Shown here: in pieces, positions 53,038 to 64,000 of the stretch
How the letters are laid out: each line of letters opens with the position of its first letter
How positions within the stretch are numbered: the stretch's first letter is position 1
Origin: an uncultured delta proteobacterium
GTDB taxonomy: Bacteria; Myxococcota; Myxococcia; Myxococcales; Anaeromyxobacteraceae
NCBI GenBank assembly: GCA_963845515.1
Contig: CAWJSR010000006.1
Span: forward strand, 96,001 to 160,000
Length of the DNA: 64,000 bases
Reading direction: 5' to 3'
The notes under the pieces: model-generated
Seen by the model: only the letters and a program-made list of their open reading frames with translations
What the model was told of the DNA's origin: nothing
Databases searched by the model: none
Program-made: the position numbers and the translations under genes

Positions 53038-54079
53038 AGCGGAAGCTCACGAAGGTCTACCGTGCAGTCGGCGCCGCGCTGGCGTTCGCCGTCGTCGCGG
53101 CGCCCCCCGCGGCGGCGCGGGCGGCGCAGAAGCTGAAGGTCGGGTACTCGGCCGGCGGGGGCAGCCACCTCACGGTCCTCGCGCAGGATCAGAAGCTGTT
53201 CGAGCAGGAGGGAATCGAGGTGGAGCTGGTGCCGTTCACCAGCTCCTCCGACGGCCTCAACGCGCTGAACGCGGGGAAGATCGACGTCGGCATCTCCTTC
53301 GGGACGGGTGGCCCGCTGACCTTCATCAGCAAGGGCGTCGAGTTCGTCATCATCGGTGGCCACCTCTCCGGTGGCCACCCGATCATCGCGCTGCCGGCCA
53401 ACGCTGCGAAGTTCAAGTCGATTCAGGACTACAAGGGCAAGATCGTCGCCACGCCGCGCCTGTACACGCCGGACATCGTCTGGCGTGGGGCGATCAAGAG
53501 GGCGGGGCTCGACCTCGAGAAGGACGTGCAGGTCTGGAGCTGAAGAGCCCCACCGCGGTGCTGGAGGCGGTCAAGGCGGGCAAGGCGGACGTCGGGATCG
53601 GCGCCGCGTCGATCTACGTCAAGGCGAAGGAGTCCGGCCTGGCGATCGTCGCGTGGAGCAACGACTACTTCCCGGATCATCCCTGCTGCCGCGTCGTCGT
53701 GAAGGCCAAGGCACTCGGTGAGGACGCCAGGCCCTACAAGGCGTTCCTCAGGGCCCTCATCCAGGCGGAGCGGCTGCTCAAGCGCGACCCAGAGCTGGCG
53801 GTCGCGGCCAACAAGAAGTTCCTCGACATGGACGACCGGCTCGCCAGGGACTTCACGCTCGAGCCGCACGCTCACGTCTCCGCGGATCCGAACCGCAAGG
53901 GCGTGAACCGCATGTGGCAGGAGATGAAGGCGATCGGATACGTCCAGTCGGAGCTCGACATCAACCGCTTCATAAACGTCGAGCTCTACCGGGAGGCGCT
54001 CACCGAGCTGGTGCGCTTGCACCCGAAGGATCCGTTCTACCCGCAGCTCGTGAAGACGTTCGAGGCCCAGAACCGGTGA
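53034..54079 (+). CDS. NitT/TauT (SsuA/THI5-like) ABC substrate-binding protein (frameshift at ~53535)
   Basis: Signal peptide, [30 protein letters not shown] and DHPCCRVV. Confidence 0.85.
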
Positions 54080-54093
54080 GGGGAGCCGCGAGG

Positions 54094-54858
54094 ATGACGA
54101 TGGCCTCTCTCGCCCGGAGGTACGCCGGGACGTTCGCGGTGTTGGCCGTGGCGGTGCTGCTCTTCGAGGTGGCGACCGACGTGACGGGGTGGCTGGAGCC
54201 GGTGCTCTTCCCTGGCCTCAAGCTGATCCTCCCTGCGCTCTGGCGCTCGCTCCCGAAGCTGCTCGAGGGGCTCGTCAGCTCCGTCGGGCTTCTCCTGCCG
54301 GGGTACCTGGCGGCGCTGGTCCTCGGCATCGCGCTGGGGCTGGTCGTCGGGTGGTACTCGCCGCTGCGCCACGCGTTCCTGCCGATCTTCAGGGCGCTGA
54401 GCCCCCTTCCTCCGACGCTGCTCATCCCCTACGCCATCGCGATCCTGCCGACCTTCTGGCTCTCGTCGTTCTTCATCATCTTCATCGGCTCGTTCTGGCC
54501 GATCCTCATGGGGACGATCCACGGCGTCGCCCTGCTGGAGGATCGGCACCTCGACAACGCACGCGCCCTGGGGCTGTCCGGGATCCGGCTGCTCCGTCAC
54601 GTCGTCTTGCCGGCGGCGCTCCCCGTCATCTTCAACGGCGCCGGCATGGCGCTCGTCTTCAGCTTCATCCTGCTGACCGTCGCCGAGATGTTCGGCGCCA
54701 GGTCGGGGCTGGGGTTCTTCATCCAGTACAACGCGGACTTCTCCGAGTACGCGAAGGTGCTGGGCGGCATGCTGTTCATGTCGGCCTTCATCGTGCTCGT
54801 CATGGCGACCTTCGACGCCGTACAGGCGCGGTTTCTCCACTGGACCGCGAAGCGCTGA
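54094..54858 (+). CDS. NitT/TauT ABC permease
   Basis: TM helices, EAA-like DNARALG motif and AEMFGARSGLGFFI. Confidence 0.9.
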   Translation: MTMASLARRYAGTFAVLAVAVLLFEVATDVTGWLEPVLFPGLKLILPALWRSLPKLLEGLVSSVGLLLPGYLAALVLGIALGLVVGWYSPLRHAFLPIFRALSPLPPTLLIPYAIAILPTFWLSSFFIIFIGSFWPILMGTIHGVALLEDRHLDNARALGLSGIRLLRHVVLPAALPVIFNGAGMALVFSFILLTVAEMFGARSGLGFFIQYNADFSEYAKVLGGMLFMSAFIVLVMATFDAVQARFLHWTAKR

Positions 54859-54871
54859 GAAGGAGGCGAGG

Positions 54872-55777
54872 GTGAGCACGCTGACCGAGAGGGTGAAGGC
54901 GTACGCGCGCGCGCAGGGGGCCGACCTGTGCGGGATCGCGGCCGGCGATGACTTCGAGGAGTGCTTCACGGCGCCGCACCGCCCCCGGGACCTGCTGCCG
55001 GAGGTGCGGAGCATAGTCGTCGCGGCGCTGCACATCCCCGACGGCTCGCTGGAGGCGCAGCGCGCCGGCATCACCAACTACTCCTACGGGATGTTCGGCT
55101 ACGCCTACCTGAATCGGGAGATGGACTTCGTCGCCTACCGCGTGACCCGCTTCCTGGAGCGGGCCGGGCACCGCGCGCTGCCGATCCCGGCGCGCGGTAC
55201 CCACTACTGGGAGAAGAAGAAGTTCTACGGCCCGTTCTCGTTCCGGCACGCGGCCGTCGCCGCTGGGTTGGGAGCGTTCGGCTGGAGCGGCCTCGTCCTG
55301 ACGCCCGAGTTCGGGTCACGCCAGCGGTTCATCGCCGTGCTGACCGACGCGCCGCTGGAGAAGGACCCGCCGCTCGAGGAGAACCCATGCCTGGGGTGCC
55401 ACGAGTGCATCCGCAGTTGCCCCGCCGGCGCGATCTCCAAGCGGGCGTGGAGCTGCACGCTGGGGGGGAGGACCCACACCTACGGCACGGTCGACGGCGA
55501 CCGGTGCGCTTGGGTCGCCAAGGGGATGACGACGAAGGCGTGGCCGGGCGCACCGTTCAACCTGGAGGTTGACGTGGAGAAGCCGCAACCCTACGGCGCG
55601 GCCGAGAAGTTCCGCGCCACCTGGGAGGCTCGGGACCCTCGGCTCCGCGCCAGCGAGCACGACGAAAGCAACTACGGCGCGACGCTCTGCGGCCGATGCA
55701 TGATCTTCTGCCGCGCCGGGATCCGGAGCATGGAGGCACGGCTCTCTGCGCCGAAGGGCGCAGCCGACGTCGACTGA
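54872..55777 (+). CDS. QueG/reductive-dehalogenase-like cobalamin, 2x[4Fe-4S] protein
   Basis: GADLCGIA, SFRHAAVAAGLG.FG.SGLVLTPEFG.R.R...VLTD, CLGCHECIRSCP, DRC and CGRCMIFC. Confidence 0.8.
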   Translation: MSTLTERVKAYARAQGADLCGIAAGDDFEECFTAPHRPRDLLPEVRSIVVAALHIPDGSLEAQRAGITNYSYGMFGYAYLNREMDFVAYRVTRFLERAGHRALPIPARGTHYWEKKKFYGPFSFRHAAVAAGLGAFGWSGLVLTPEFGSRQRFIAVLTDAPLEKDPPLEENPCLGCHECIRSCPAGAISKRAWSCTLGGRTHTYGTVDGDRCAWVAKGMTTKAWPGAPFNLEVDVEKPQPYGAAEKFRATWEARDPRLRASEHDESNYGATLCGRCMIFCRAGIRSMEARLSAPKGAADVD

Positions 55778-55811
55778 CCCGACGGAGCCGTTGCGCGGGC
55801 CGGGCGGGCCG

Positions 55812-56967
55812 CTACGCCGGCATGGCGACCGCCGCCAGGCCGACGTCCTCGCGGGCGACGCGCTGCTCGAGCTGGGCCATGATCTCGGCGACGGTCGGGA
55901 GGCGGGTCGCGTCACGGTCGGTGAGGCCGACGAGGCTCTGGCCCGTGTAGAAGAGGCCGTTCTCGGTGTCGCCCTTGATGGCGGCGGCGAGGAGCGCGTC
56001 GGTGATGCAGAAGCTCTCCTTGTAGTTGCTGCCGCGGCAGAGGCAGGTCTCCGCCGCGAGGCACTCGACGCAGGCCTTCTTGCGGCCGTAGTACCCCTCC
56101 GGCCCGAAGAACCAGGCCTTGGAGCGGGGCGGGTGCCGCTCGCCGCGCGCGAGCGACTCGGTGAACGCGTTCCGGACCGCGCGCGCGTTCATCCCCTTCA
56201 CGCAGCTCTTGATGAGCGTGACGTCCTCGGCCGTCCTGCCGAGGTGCATCTGCTTGAAGTTGGGGTGGACGTCGCCGTCGGCGGCGGCGAGGAAGCGCGT
56301 GGCGATCTGCACGCCGGCGGCGCCGCGCGCGAGGAAGCCTGCGATCTGGTCGTCGGTGACGCCGCCCGCCGCGACGCAGGGCAGCGCTCGAGGCGCCGAT
56401 CACCTCGGCGAGCAGGTCGGGCAGCTCGTGGCCGATGTCGCCGATGTGGCCGCCGGCGAGCGCGCCCTCCGCGACGACCCAGTCGGCGCCCCACTTCTCG
56501 TACATCTGGGCGAGGCGGCCGGAGGAGACGATCCCGGCGAACGGGATGCCGCCGGCGCGGCACCACTTCACGATCTCGCGCGAGATGCCGGCGCCCTGGA
56601 CGATGAAGGACACCTTCTCCTCGATCGCGATCCTGGCCGTGGCCTCGAAGTCGGGCTTGTTGATCGCGGCCATCAGGTTGACGCCGACGTAGCCGCCGTT
56701 TGCGTCACGCTTGGCGCGCCGGATCTCGGAGCGGAAGTGGGCCGGGGTCTTCACGACGGCCGAGACGGTCCCGACGCCGACGAGGCGCGGGCCGCTCCAG
56801 GACGCCACCTTGCCGGAGAGGCCGTCGGACGCGTGGATCCCCATCCCGCCCTGCACGAGGAGGCGGCGGCCGGACGCCACGATCGACTCGATCGCGGCGC
56901 GATCGAGCGGAGGGCTGGGCATGACGGAGGTGTCGTTCTCGACGGGGAAGGCGGAGGTGGCGGACAT
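55812..56967 (-). CDS. Nitronate monooxygenase/FabK-family flavoprotein with Cys-rich C-terminus (FabX-like; frameshift at ~56385)
   Basis: VQGGMG, GVNLM, EGALAGGH and GVQIATRF motifs; C-terminal CVEC....CLC...FCITDAL...GD..NGLFYTG. Confidence 0.8.
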
Positions 56968-57119
56968 TTCTTCCTTTCAGCGAGCCGCTGGAGGCTGACT
57001 CGTAGGCCCAGAACCCTACGTGCCCAACGTCATGGGACCGTCACGGCGGCCATGACTCCGCTGACGCGGTGCGGCAGCCCCTTTGGCGGCATCGCCCGCG
57101 GAGGTTAGGATGCGCCGCC

Positions 57120-57855
57120 GTGAAAATCGCCTTCTCGATCCTCTACTGGCTCTACGCAGCGATCACGATGCCGTTCTTCTATGCGATCGCCGCGGTCATC
57201 TTCCTCGTCGCCTGGCCGTTCGACCGGCGGCGGGTGGCGGTCCACATGTTCTCCTGCGTGTGGGGCTACAGCTACGTCGCCTTCAACCCGCTCTGGCGGA
57301 CGCACGTCGAGGGGCGTCGGAAGCTGCCCTGGAACGGCCCCGCGGTGATCGTCGCCAACCACCTCTCGATCCTCGACATCCTGGTGCTCTACCGGTTCTT
57401 CCGGCCGTTCAAGTGGGTCGCCAAGGGAGAGCTGTTCAGGGTGCCGTTCGTCGGCTGGAACATGGTGCTGAACGACTACGTCCGGATCTGGCGCGGCGAC
57501 CGCGAGTCGGTGAGGCGGATGATGGACCACTGCCGCCGGCACCTCGCGCGCGGCACCGCCATCATCATCTTCCCGGAGGGGACGCGGTCCCGGGACGGAA
57601 CGATGCTCCCTTTCAAGGACGGCGCGTTCAAGCTCGCCTCCGAGGCGGGCTGCCCCCTCATCCCGATCGCGATCCACGGCTCGCACCTGGCCCTGCCCAA
57701 GCACGGCTTCATCTTCCGGCAGCGGGCGACGATCCGCGTCCGCGTCCTCGACCCGCTCGACCCGAGGGCCTACGCGACGCCCGACGCTCTGAAGGCGGCC
57801 GCGCGCGACGCCATCGCCGCGGGCGTCGCCGAGCTCCTCGCCCGGGGAGCTCTGA
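57120..57855 (+). CDS. plsC: 1-acyl-sn-glycerol-3-phosphate acyltransferase (PlsC family)
   Basis: [19 protein letters not shown] and FPEGTRS...PFK.GAF. TGA at 57853 is one base out of frame, probably from an indel error. Confidence 0.85.
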
Positions 57856-58049
57856 TCCGCCCGGGGGAGCTGAGCCCTAGCCCCGGGACGGCGGTCGGCT
57901 GCCCTGGCGCCTGTCACGCCCGATTTCACCCGGTTTGGCTGGACGAATTGCCGCAGCGATCTGTATCCTGCGCCTCCTCTTCTTGGCAGCCAACGGCGCC
58001 ATCAACCGGGGCGGATCCGACACGGACCGCCACCCATGCGAGGTCGGTC

Positions 58050-60206
<2,157 letters not shown>

Positions 60207-60225
60207 GCGGGCTGATCGAGCGCTC

Positions 60226-61215
60226 GTGCGATCCGATCCTCTCTCACCGGCAGACCGGGCGCTCGTCGACGGCGTGCTCGCAGGCCAGCGCCGCGCGCTG
60301 GCCAAGGCCATCACCCTGGTCGAGTCGACACGGGCCGATCACCAGCAGCGCGCGCAACATCTGTTGAACGCGCTGCTGCCGAAGACCGGCGGCGCGATCC
60401 GGCTCGGCATCTCCGGCGTCCCGGGCGCGGGCAAGTCGACCTTCATCGAGGCGCTCGGGGTCTGGCTCATCGAGCGCGGCCACCGGCTGGCCGTCCTCGC
60501 CGTCGATCCGTCGTCCACGGTGAGCGGTGGCTCCATCCTCGGCGACAAGACGCGGATGGAGCTGCTCTCGCAGCGGGAGGAGGCCTTCATCCGGCCCAGC
60601 CCGTCGGCCGGGTCGCTCGGTGGCGTCGCCGAGAAGACGCGCGAGGCGATGCTGGTCTGCGAGGCGGCGGGCCACGACGTGATCATCGTGGAGACGGTCG
60701 GCGTGGGCCAGTCTGAGACGACGGTCGCCGGCATGGTGGACATGTTCTGCCTGCTCCAGCTGCCGAACGCGGGGGACGAGCTGCAGGCGATCAAGAAGGG
60801 GATCGTGGAGATCGCCGACGTCGTCGTCATCAACAAGTCCGACATCGACCCGGCGGCGACCGAGGTCACCCGCGCCCAGTGGCGGAGCGCGCTCCACCTG
60901 CTGCGCCCGGCCTCGCCGAGCTGGTCGCCGCCCGTGATCGCGCTCTCCGCGCTGCGCAAGGAAGGGATCGCCGACTTCTGGGCGAAGGTGGAGGGCTTCC
61001 GGGCGGCGCTCGAGCCGGCCGGCGAGCTCGCCGCGAAGCGCAGGCAGCAGTCCCTGAGCTGGATGTGGCAGCTGATCGACACGGAGCTGCGCCTCCGCTT
61101 CCGCCGCCACCGCGGGGTCCAGCAGGAGCTGGCCGCGCTCACCGGGGCGGTGGAGCGCGGAGAGGTGACGGCGTTCGCCGCCGCGCACGCGCTGCTCGAG
61201 CGCCTGAAGCCCTGA
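60226..61215 (+). CDS. meaB: Methylmalonyl-CoA mutase-associated GTPase
   Basis: GVPGAGKST, AVDPSS..SGGSILGDKTRM, ETVGVGQSE and NKSD. Confidence 0.95.
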   Translation: MRSDPLSPADRALVDGVLAGQRRALAKAITLVESTRADHQQRAQHLLNALLPKTGGAIRLGISGVPGAGKSTFIEALGVWLIERGHRLAVLAVDPSSTVSGGSILGDKTRMELLSQREEAFIRPSPSAGSLGGVAEKTREAMLVCEAAGHDVIIVETVGVGQSETTVAGMVDMFCLLQLPNAGDELQAIKKGIVEIADVVVINKSDIDPAATEVTRAQWRSALHLLRPASPSWSPPVIALSALRKEGIADFWAKVEGFRAALEPAGELAAKRRQQSLSWMWQLIDTELRLRFRRHRGVQQELAALTGAVERGEVTAFAAAHALLERLKP

Positions 61216-61280
61216 TCCGGCCGCGGGGCCGCCACGAGGCGTTCGGCGGCAGCCCAGGACGGTGGTACTCTGTCAGCCCC

Positions 61281-63095
61281 TTGGCGGACGCACCGAAGCC
61301 CCTCTCGCCGCAACCTGCCGGCGGTCCCCCACGCCTCGAGCGGGTCGGCCCGTGGCGGGGTCCGCCCCGAAGGTCGACCTACGGCCTCGCCGAGCGCCGC
61401 GTGACCGCGGACGCGGCGATGGCCGCCGGGCTGACCGCCGACGGCGACCTCGCCATCGAGGGCCCCTTCAGGCTCCTCTACCTGGCGGCCGCGACGCAGG
61501 CGAACGGCCGGCTCGTGCTTGGCTCGCAAGGTAAGCAGTTCGCCCTCACCCTGAAGAAGGGTGGGGTCGAGCACGTCCTCCCGGAGGCCACCGAGCACGC
61601 CTTCGGCCAGTTCCTCGTTCGAAAGGGGAAGCTGAACGCAGGCGACCTCGCCAGGGCCGAGGCCGCGAGGCCGAAGTCCGGGGGCGACCTCGTGGGGGCG
61701 CTCATCGCGCTGCAGCTCGTGAGCCCCGCGGAGGTCGCGGCCCTGCTGCAGGAGCACGGCGCGGGGCTCGTGTCGCTCGCGCTCCTCACCGAGCAGGGCA
61801 GGTACCGATGGGATCCCGGCGTCGCGCCGCCCGCGTCCGCCTTCCCGCTCGGAAGCTCGTGGAGCTTCCTCAGCGCCGCGGTCCGGAGCCTGGATGCGGC
61901 GGCGGCGGCGAAGCGGCTCGGACCCCGCTTCGAGCTGCCGGCGGCACGCGTCGGCGGCAGGGTCAGGATCGAGGACCTGCGGCTCACGCCGCAGGAAGCC
62001 CGCGCCGCGCAGCTCTTCGACGGCGTGCGGTCGCCGAGGGAGCTGGCTGCCGCCAACGCGCCCGACGCCGCGACGATCCTGCGCCTCGCGCTCCTGCTCG
62101 GCGAGACGGAGCTCCTCGCCTTCGCCCCGGCGCGCTCGGCTGCGCCACGGGAGGCTGCGGCCTCCTCGCCGCCCCCGCCGTCCGCCAGCCCGTCGGCGGC
62201 GCGCCCTGCCTCGACGCCGGTGGCGTCCCCGAGGCCAGCACCCGTGCCGTCCCAGAACAACCCCGTGACCGTGCCGTCCCAGCCAGCCGCCGCGCCCCCT
62301 GCGCCGGCGCCCGCCCCTCCGGCTGCGAAGCCTGTCGTGGCCCCCACCAGGCCCGCGGTCGCCGCGGCGAAGCCGCCGCCGGCCGCGACGCCCGCACCCG
62401 CTCCGGCCCCGGCCCCGGCCCCGGCGCTCGACGTGCAGGGGCTGAAGGCGCTCGTCGAGCGGTTCGCAAAGGCCGATCACTTCGAGGTGCTGGGCGTGAA
62501 GCGGGACGCCGTCGGGGGGCAGATCAAGCTCGCCTACTTCCAGCTCGCGAAGGTCTACCACCCGGACGCAGTCCCGGCCGACGCTCCCCCGGAGGTGAGG
62601 AAGGTCGCCGCCGACGTCTTCGCGAAGGTGAGCGAGGCGTGGAGCGTGCTGGGCGAGGACGCGAAGCGGGCGGAGTACCTCAAGGGGCTCGAGACCGGCT
62701 CGGGCACCGAGGTCGACGTGATGCACATCTTCAAGGCGGAGGAGGCCTTCAACGCCGGCACGCTCCTCATCAAGGCGCGCCGCTACCAGGAGGCGCTCCC
62801 GAAGCTCGAGGAGGCGATCAAGCTCAACGCCGACGAGGCCGAGTTCCGGATGTGGAAGTCCTGGTGCGAGTTCCTCCTCTCCCCCGAGAAGAAGAAGGTG
62901 CACGCTGGCATCGCCAACGCAGTCGAGGCGGCGCTCAAGCAGAACCCGCACTGCATCTCGGGGTATCTCTTCCTCGGGCAGATGGCGAAGATCGCGGGGA
63001 ACCTCGACCTCGCCGAGAAGAACCTGAAGCGCGGGCTCAAGGAAGCGCCCGGCAACGCCGATCTGGAGCGCGAGCTGAAGTACCTCAGGAAGTGA
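61281..63095 (+). CDS. DUF4388-like + J-domain + TPR protein (start uncertain)
   Basis: FGQFLVRKG block and Pro/Ala linker. J domain DHFEVLGV...AYFQLAKVYHPD, then C-terminal TPRs. Confidence 0.8.
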   Translation: MADAPKPLSPQPAGGPPRLERVGPWRGPPRRSTYGLAERRVTADAAMAAGLTADGDLAIEGPFRLLYLAAATQANGRLVLGSQGKQFALTLKKGGVEHVLPEATEHAFGQFLVRKGKLNAGDLARAEAARPKSGGDLVGALIALQLVSPAEVAALLQEHGAGLVSLALLTEQGRYRWDPGVAPPASAFPLGSSWSFLSAAVRSLDAAAAAKRLGPRFELPAARVGGRVRIEDLRLTPQEARAAQLFDGVRSPRELAAANAPDAATILRLALLLGETELLAFAPARSAAPREAAASSPPPPSASPSAARPASTPVASPRPAPVPSQNNPVTVPSQPAAAPPAPAPAPPAAKPVVAPTRPAVAAAKPPPAATPAPAPAPAPAPALDVQGLKALVERFAKADHFEVLGVKRDAVGGQIKLAYFQLAKVYHPDAVPADAPPEVRKVAADVFAKVSEAWSVLGEDAKRAEYLKGLETGSGTEVDVMHIFKAEEAFNAGTLLIKARRYQEALPKLEEAIKLNADEAEFRMWKSWCEFLLSPEKKKVHAGIANAVEAALKQNPHCISGYLFLGQMAKIAGNLDLAEKNLKRGLKEAPGNADLERELKYLRK

Positions 63096-63129
63096 TCACC
63101 GCCGCCGCGTGCGGCCGGGACTGAACCCA

Positions 63130-63633
63130 ATGCCACCCACCAATCCTAAGAAGCGCTCGCTCATGGAAGCCGGCAAGCTCCGCAAGGCCCTGCGCGCCGC
63201 CGGCCACCACCTCCAGCCGATCGTCCAGGTCGGCAAGGAGGGGGTCACTGACAGCGTGCTCGCGCAGCTCTCGGAGGCGCTCGACCACCACGAGCTCGTG
63301 AAGATCAAGGTGGGGACGGAGAGCCCGGAGGACCGCTTCGAGGCCACCGATCGAGTCGCCGGGGCCGACGGCGTCCAGGTGGCCCAGGTCATCGGCAGGA
63401 CCATCCTGGCGTACCGGAGGCACGCGAGGACGCCGCGGTTCGAGCCGCTCACCGCGCCGGAGCTCAGGCGCCTCGCCGAGGAGGACGAGGAGAAGGCCGC
63501 GAGGGCCGCGAACGTGAAGCCGGCGCGCCGGCGCCGGAACACCGGGAAGCGGCCCGCGTCGAAGAAGCCCGACTCGAAGCGCCCGCCGCCGAAGCGCTAC
63601 ACGCCCGGGCGCCCTCCCAACAAGCGCAAGTAG
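63130..63633 (+). CDS. yhbY: YhbY/CRM-domain RNA-binding protein with basic tail
   Basis: LRAAGHHLQPIVQVGKEG, HELVKIK and QVIGRT..YR. Confidence 0.88.
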   Translation: MPPTNPKKRSLMEAGKLRKALRAAGHHLQPIVQVGKEGVTDSVLAQLSEALDHHELVKIKVGTESPEDRFEATDRVAGADGVQVAQVIGRTILAYRRHARTPRFEPLTAPELRRLAEEDEEKAARAANVKPARRRRNTGKRPASKKPDSKRPPPKRYTPGRPPNKRK

Positions 63634-63663
63634 CGCCTGAGGGTTTGGCGTCCGCGCCCTTCC

Positions 63664-63969
63664 CTAATGCAGGTCGTCTCCGCGGCCGCGAGCCGCTCCG
63701 CCCGAGCCTTCGCCCTCGAGGCGGAGCCGGGCCGCCTCGAGATCGTCGGCGTCCGCGTACCCCTTCTCGAGCAGCACGCTCTCGGCCACCTCGGCCTGGG
63801 CGCTGGCTGCGACCGCGTCGTGCTCCGCGACGTCGAGGCGCATCGTGAGCTGGCGGAGCCGCTCCTCGAGCGACGCGATCGTCGCCAGCGAGCGCTCGCG
63901 CTCGCGCTCGTACCGGACCCAGAAGGCGACGATGGCGGCCACGGAGGCGAGCGAGACGAGGAGGCTCAT
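63664..63969 (-). CDS. Small membrane-anchored coiled-coil hypothetical protein
   Basis: N-terminal hydrophobic segment and coiled coil; VLLEKG.AD..DLE motif. Confidence 0.6.
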   Translation of the reverse strand: MSLLVSLASVAAIVAFWVRYERERERSLATIASLEERLRQLTMRLDVAEHDAVAASAQAEVAESVLLEKGYADADDLEAARLRLEGEGSGGAARGRGDDLH

Positions 63970-64000
63970 TGGTGGCGCATCGTAGCGGCGTCGCTCACGG

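Noticed and set aside
50800..53545. TGA codons at 50805 and 53541 as selenocysteine or readthrough sites
   Set aside because: Homology continues in a different frame rather than in-frame after the TGA, so these are frameshift consequences.
62150..62430. Pro/Ala repeats (ccggcc units) in the J-domain protein
   Set aside because: Ordinary low-complexity interdomain linker, not a repeat array.

Overview
GC-rich chromosomal window from a myxobacterium, most likely Anaeromyxobacter-like. This is inferred from the AglZ/FrzS-like pseudo-receiver coiled-coil protein, Cys-rich lipoproteins, CxxxxCH-type multiheme cytochrome and myxobacterial-type HNH gene. Most of the window is housekeeping: gpmI, comF, hemW, fpr, mdh, monomeric icd, ABC-F, prmA-rsmE, two acyl-CoA carboxyltransferases plus a biotin carboxylase-BCCP, methylmalonyl-CoA mutase-meaB, a cold-shock gene, a plsC-like gene, a J-domain/TPR protein and yhbY. 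Accessory elements include an IS1182-family element inserted at a CTAG inside a stop-codon hairpin and a roughly 12-heme cytochrome c lipoprotein. There is also an active/inactive pair of large TPR-DUF3857-transglutaminase proteins, an HNH gene behind a structured leader, and a NitT/TauT ABC transporter operon ending in a QueG/reductive-dehalogenase-like protein. The most notable unannotated signals are (i) a candidate sigma54-driven, ~170-nt four-hairpin sRNA with C-rich loops at ~16861-17033 and (ii) a sigma54-driven 52-aa ORF at 48548-48706 that the ORF track missed. More than a dozen genes, including core ones, carry small frameshifts, so most are probably long-read indel errors rather than pseudogenes. 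I saw no rRNA, tRNA or CRISPR array. All family calls come from motif recognition by eye; no database search was run.
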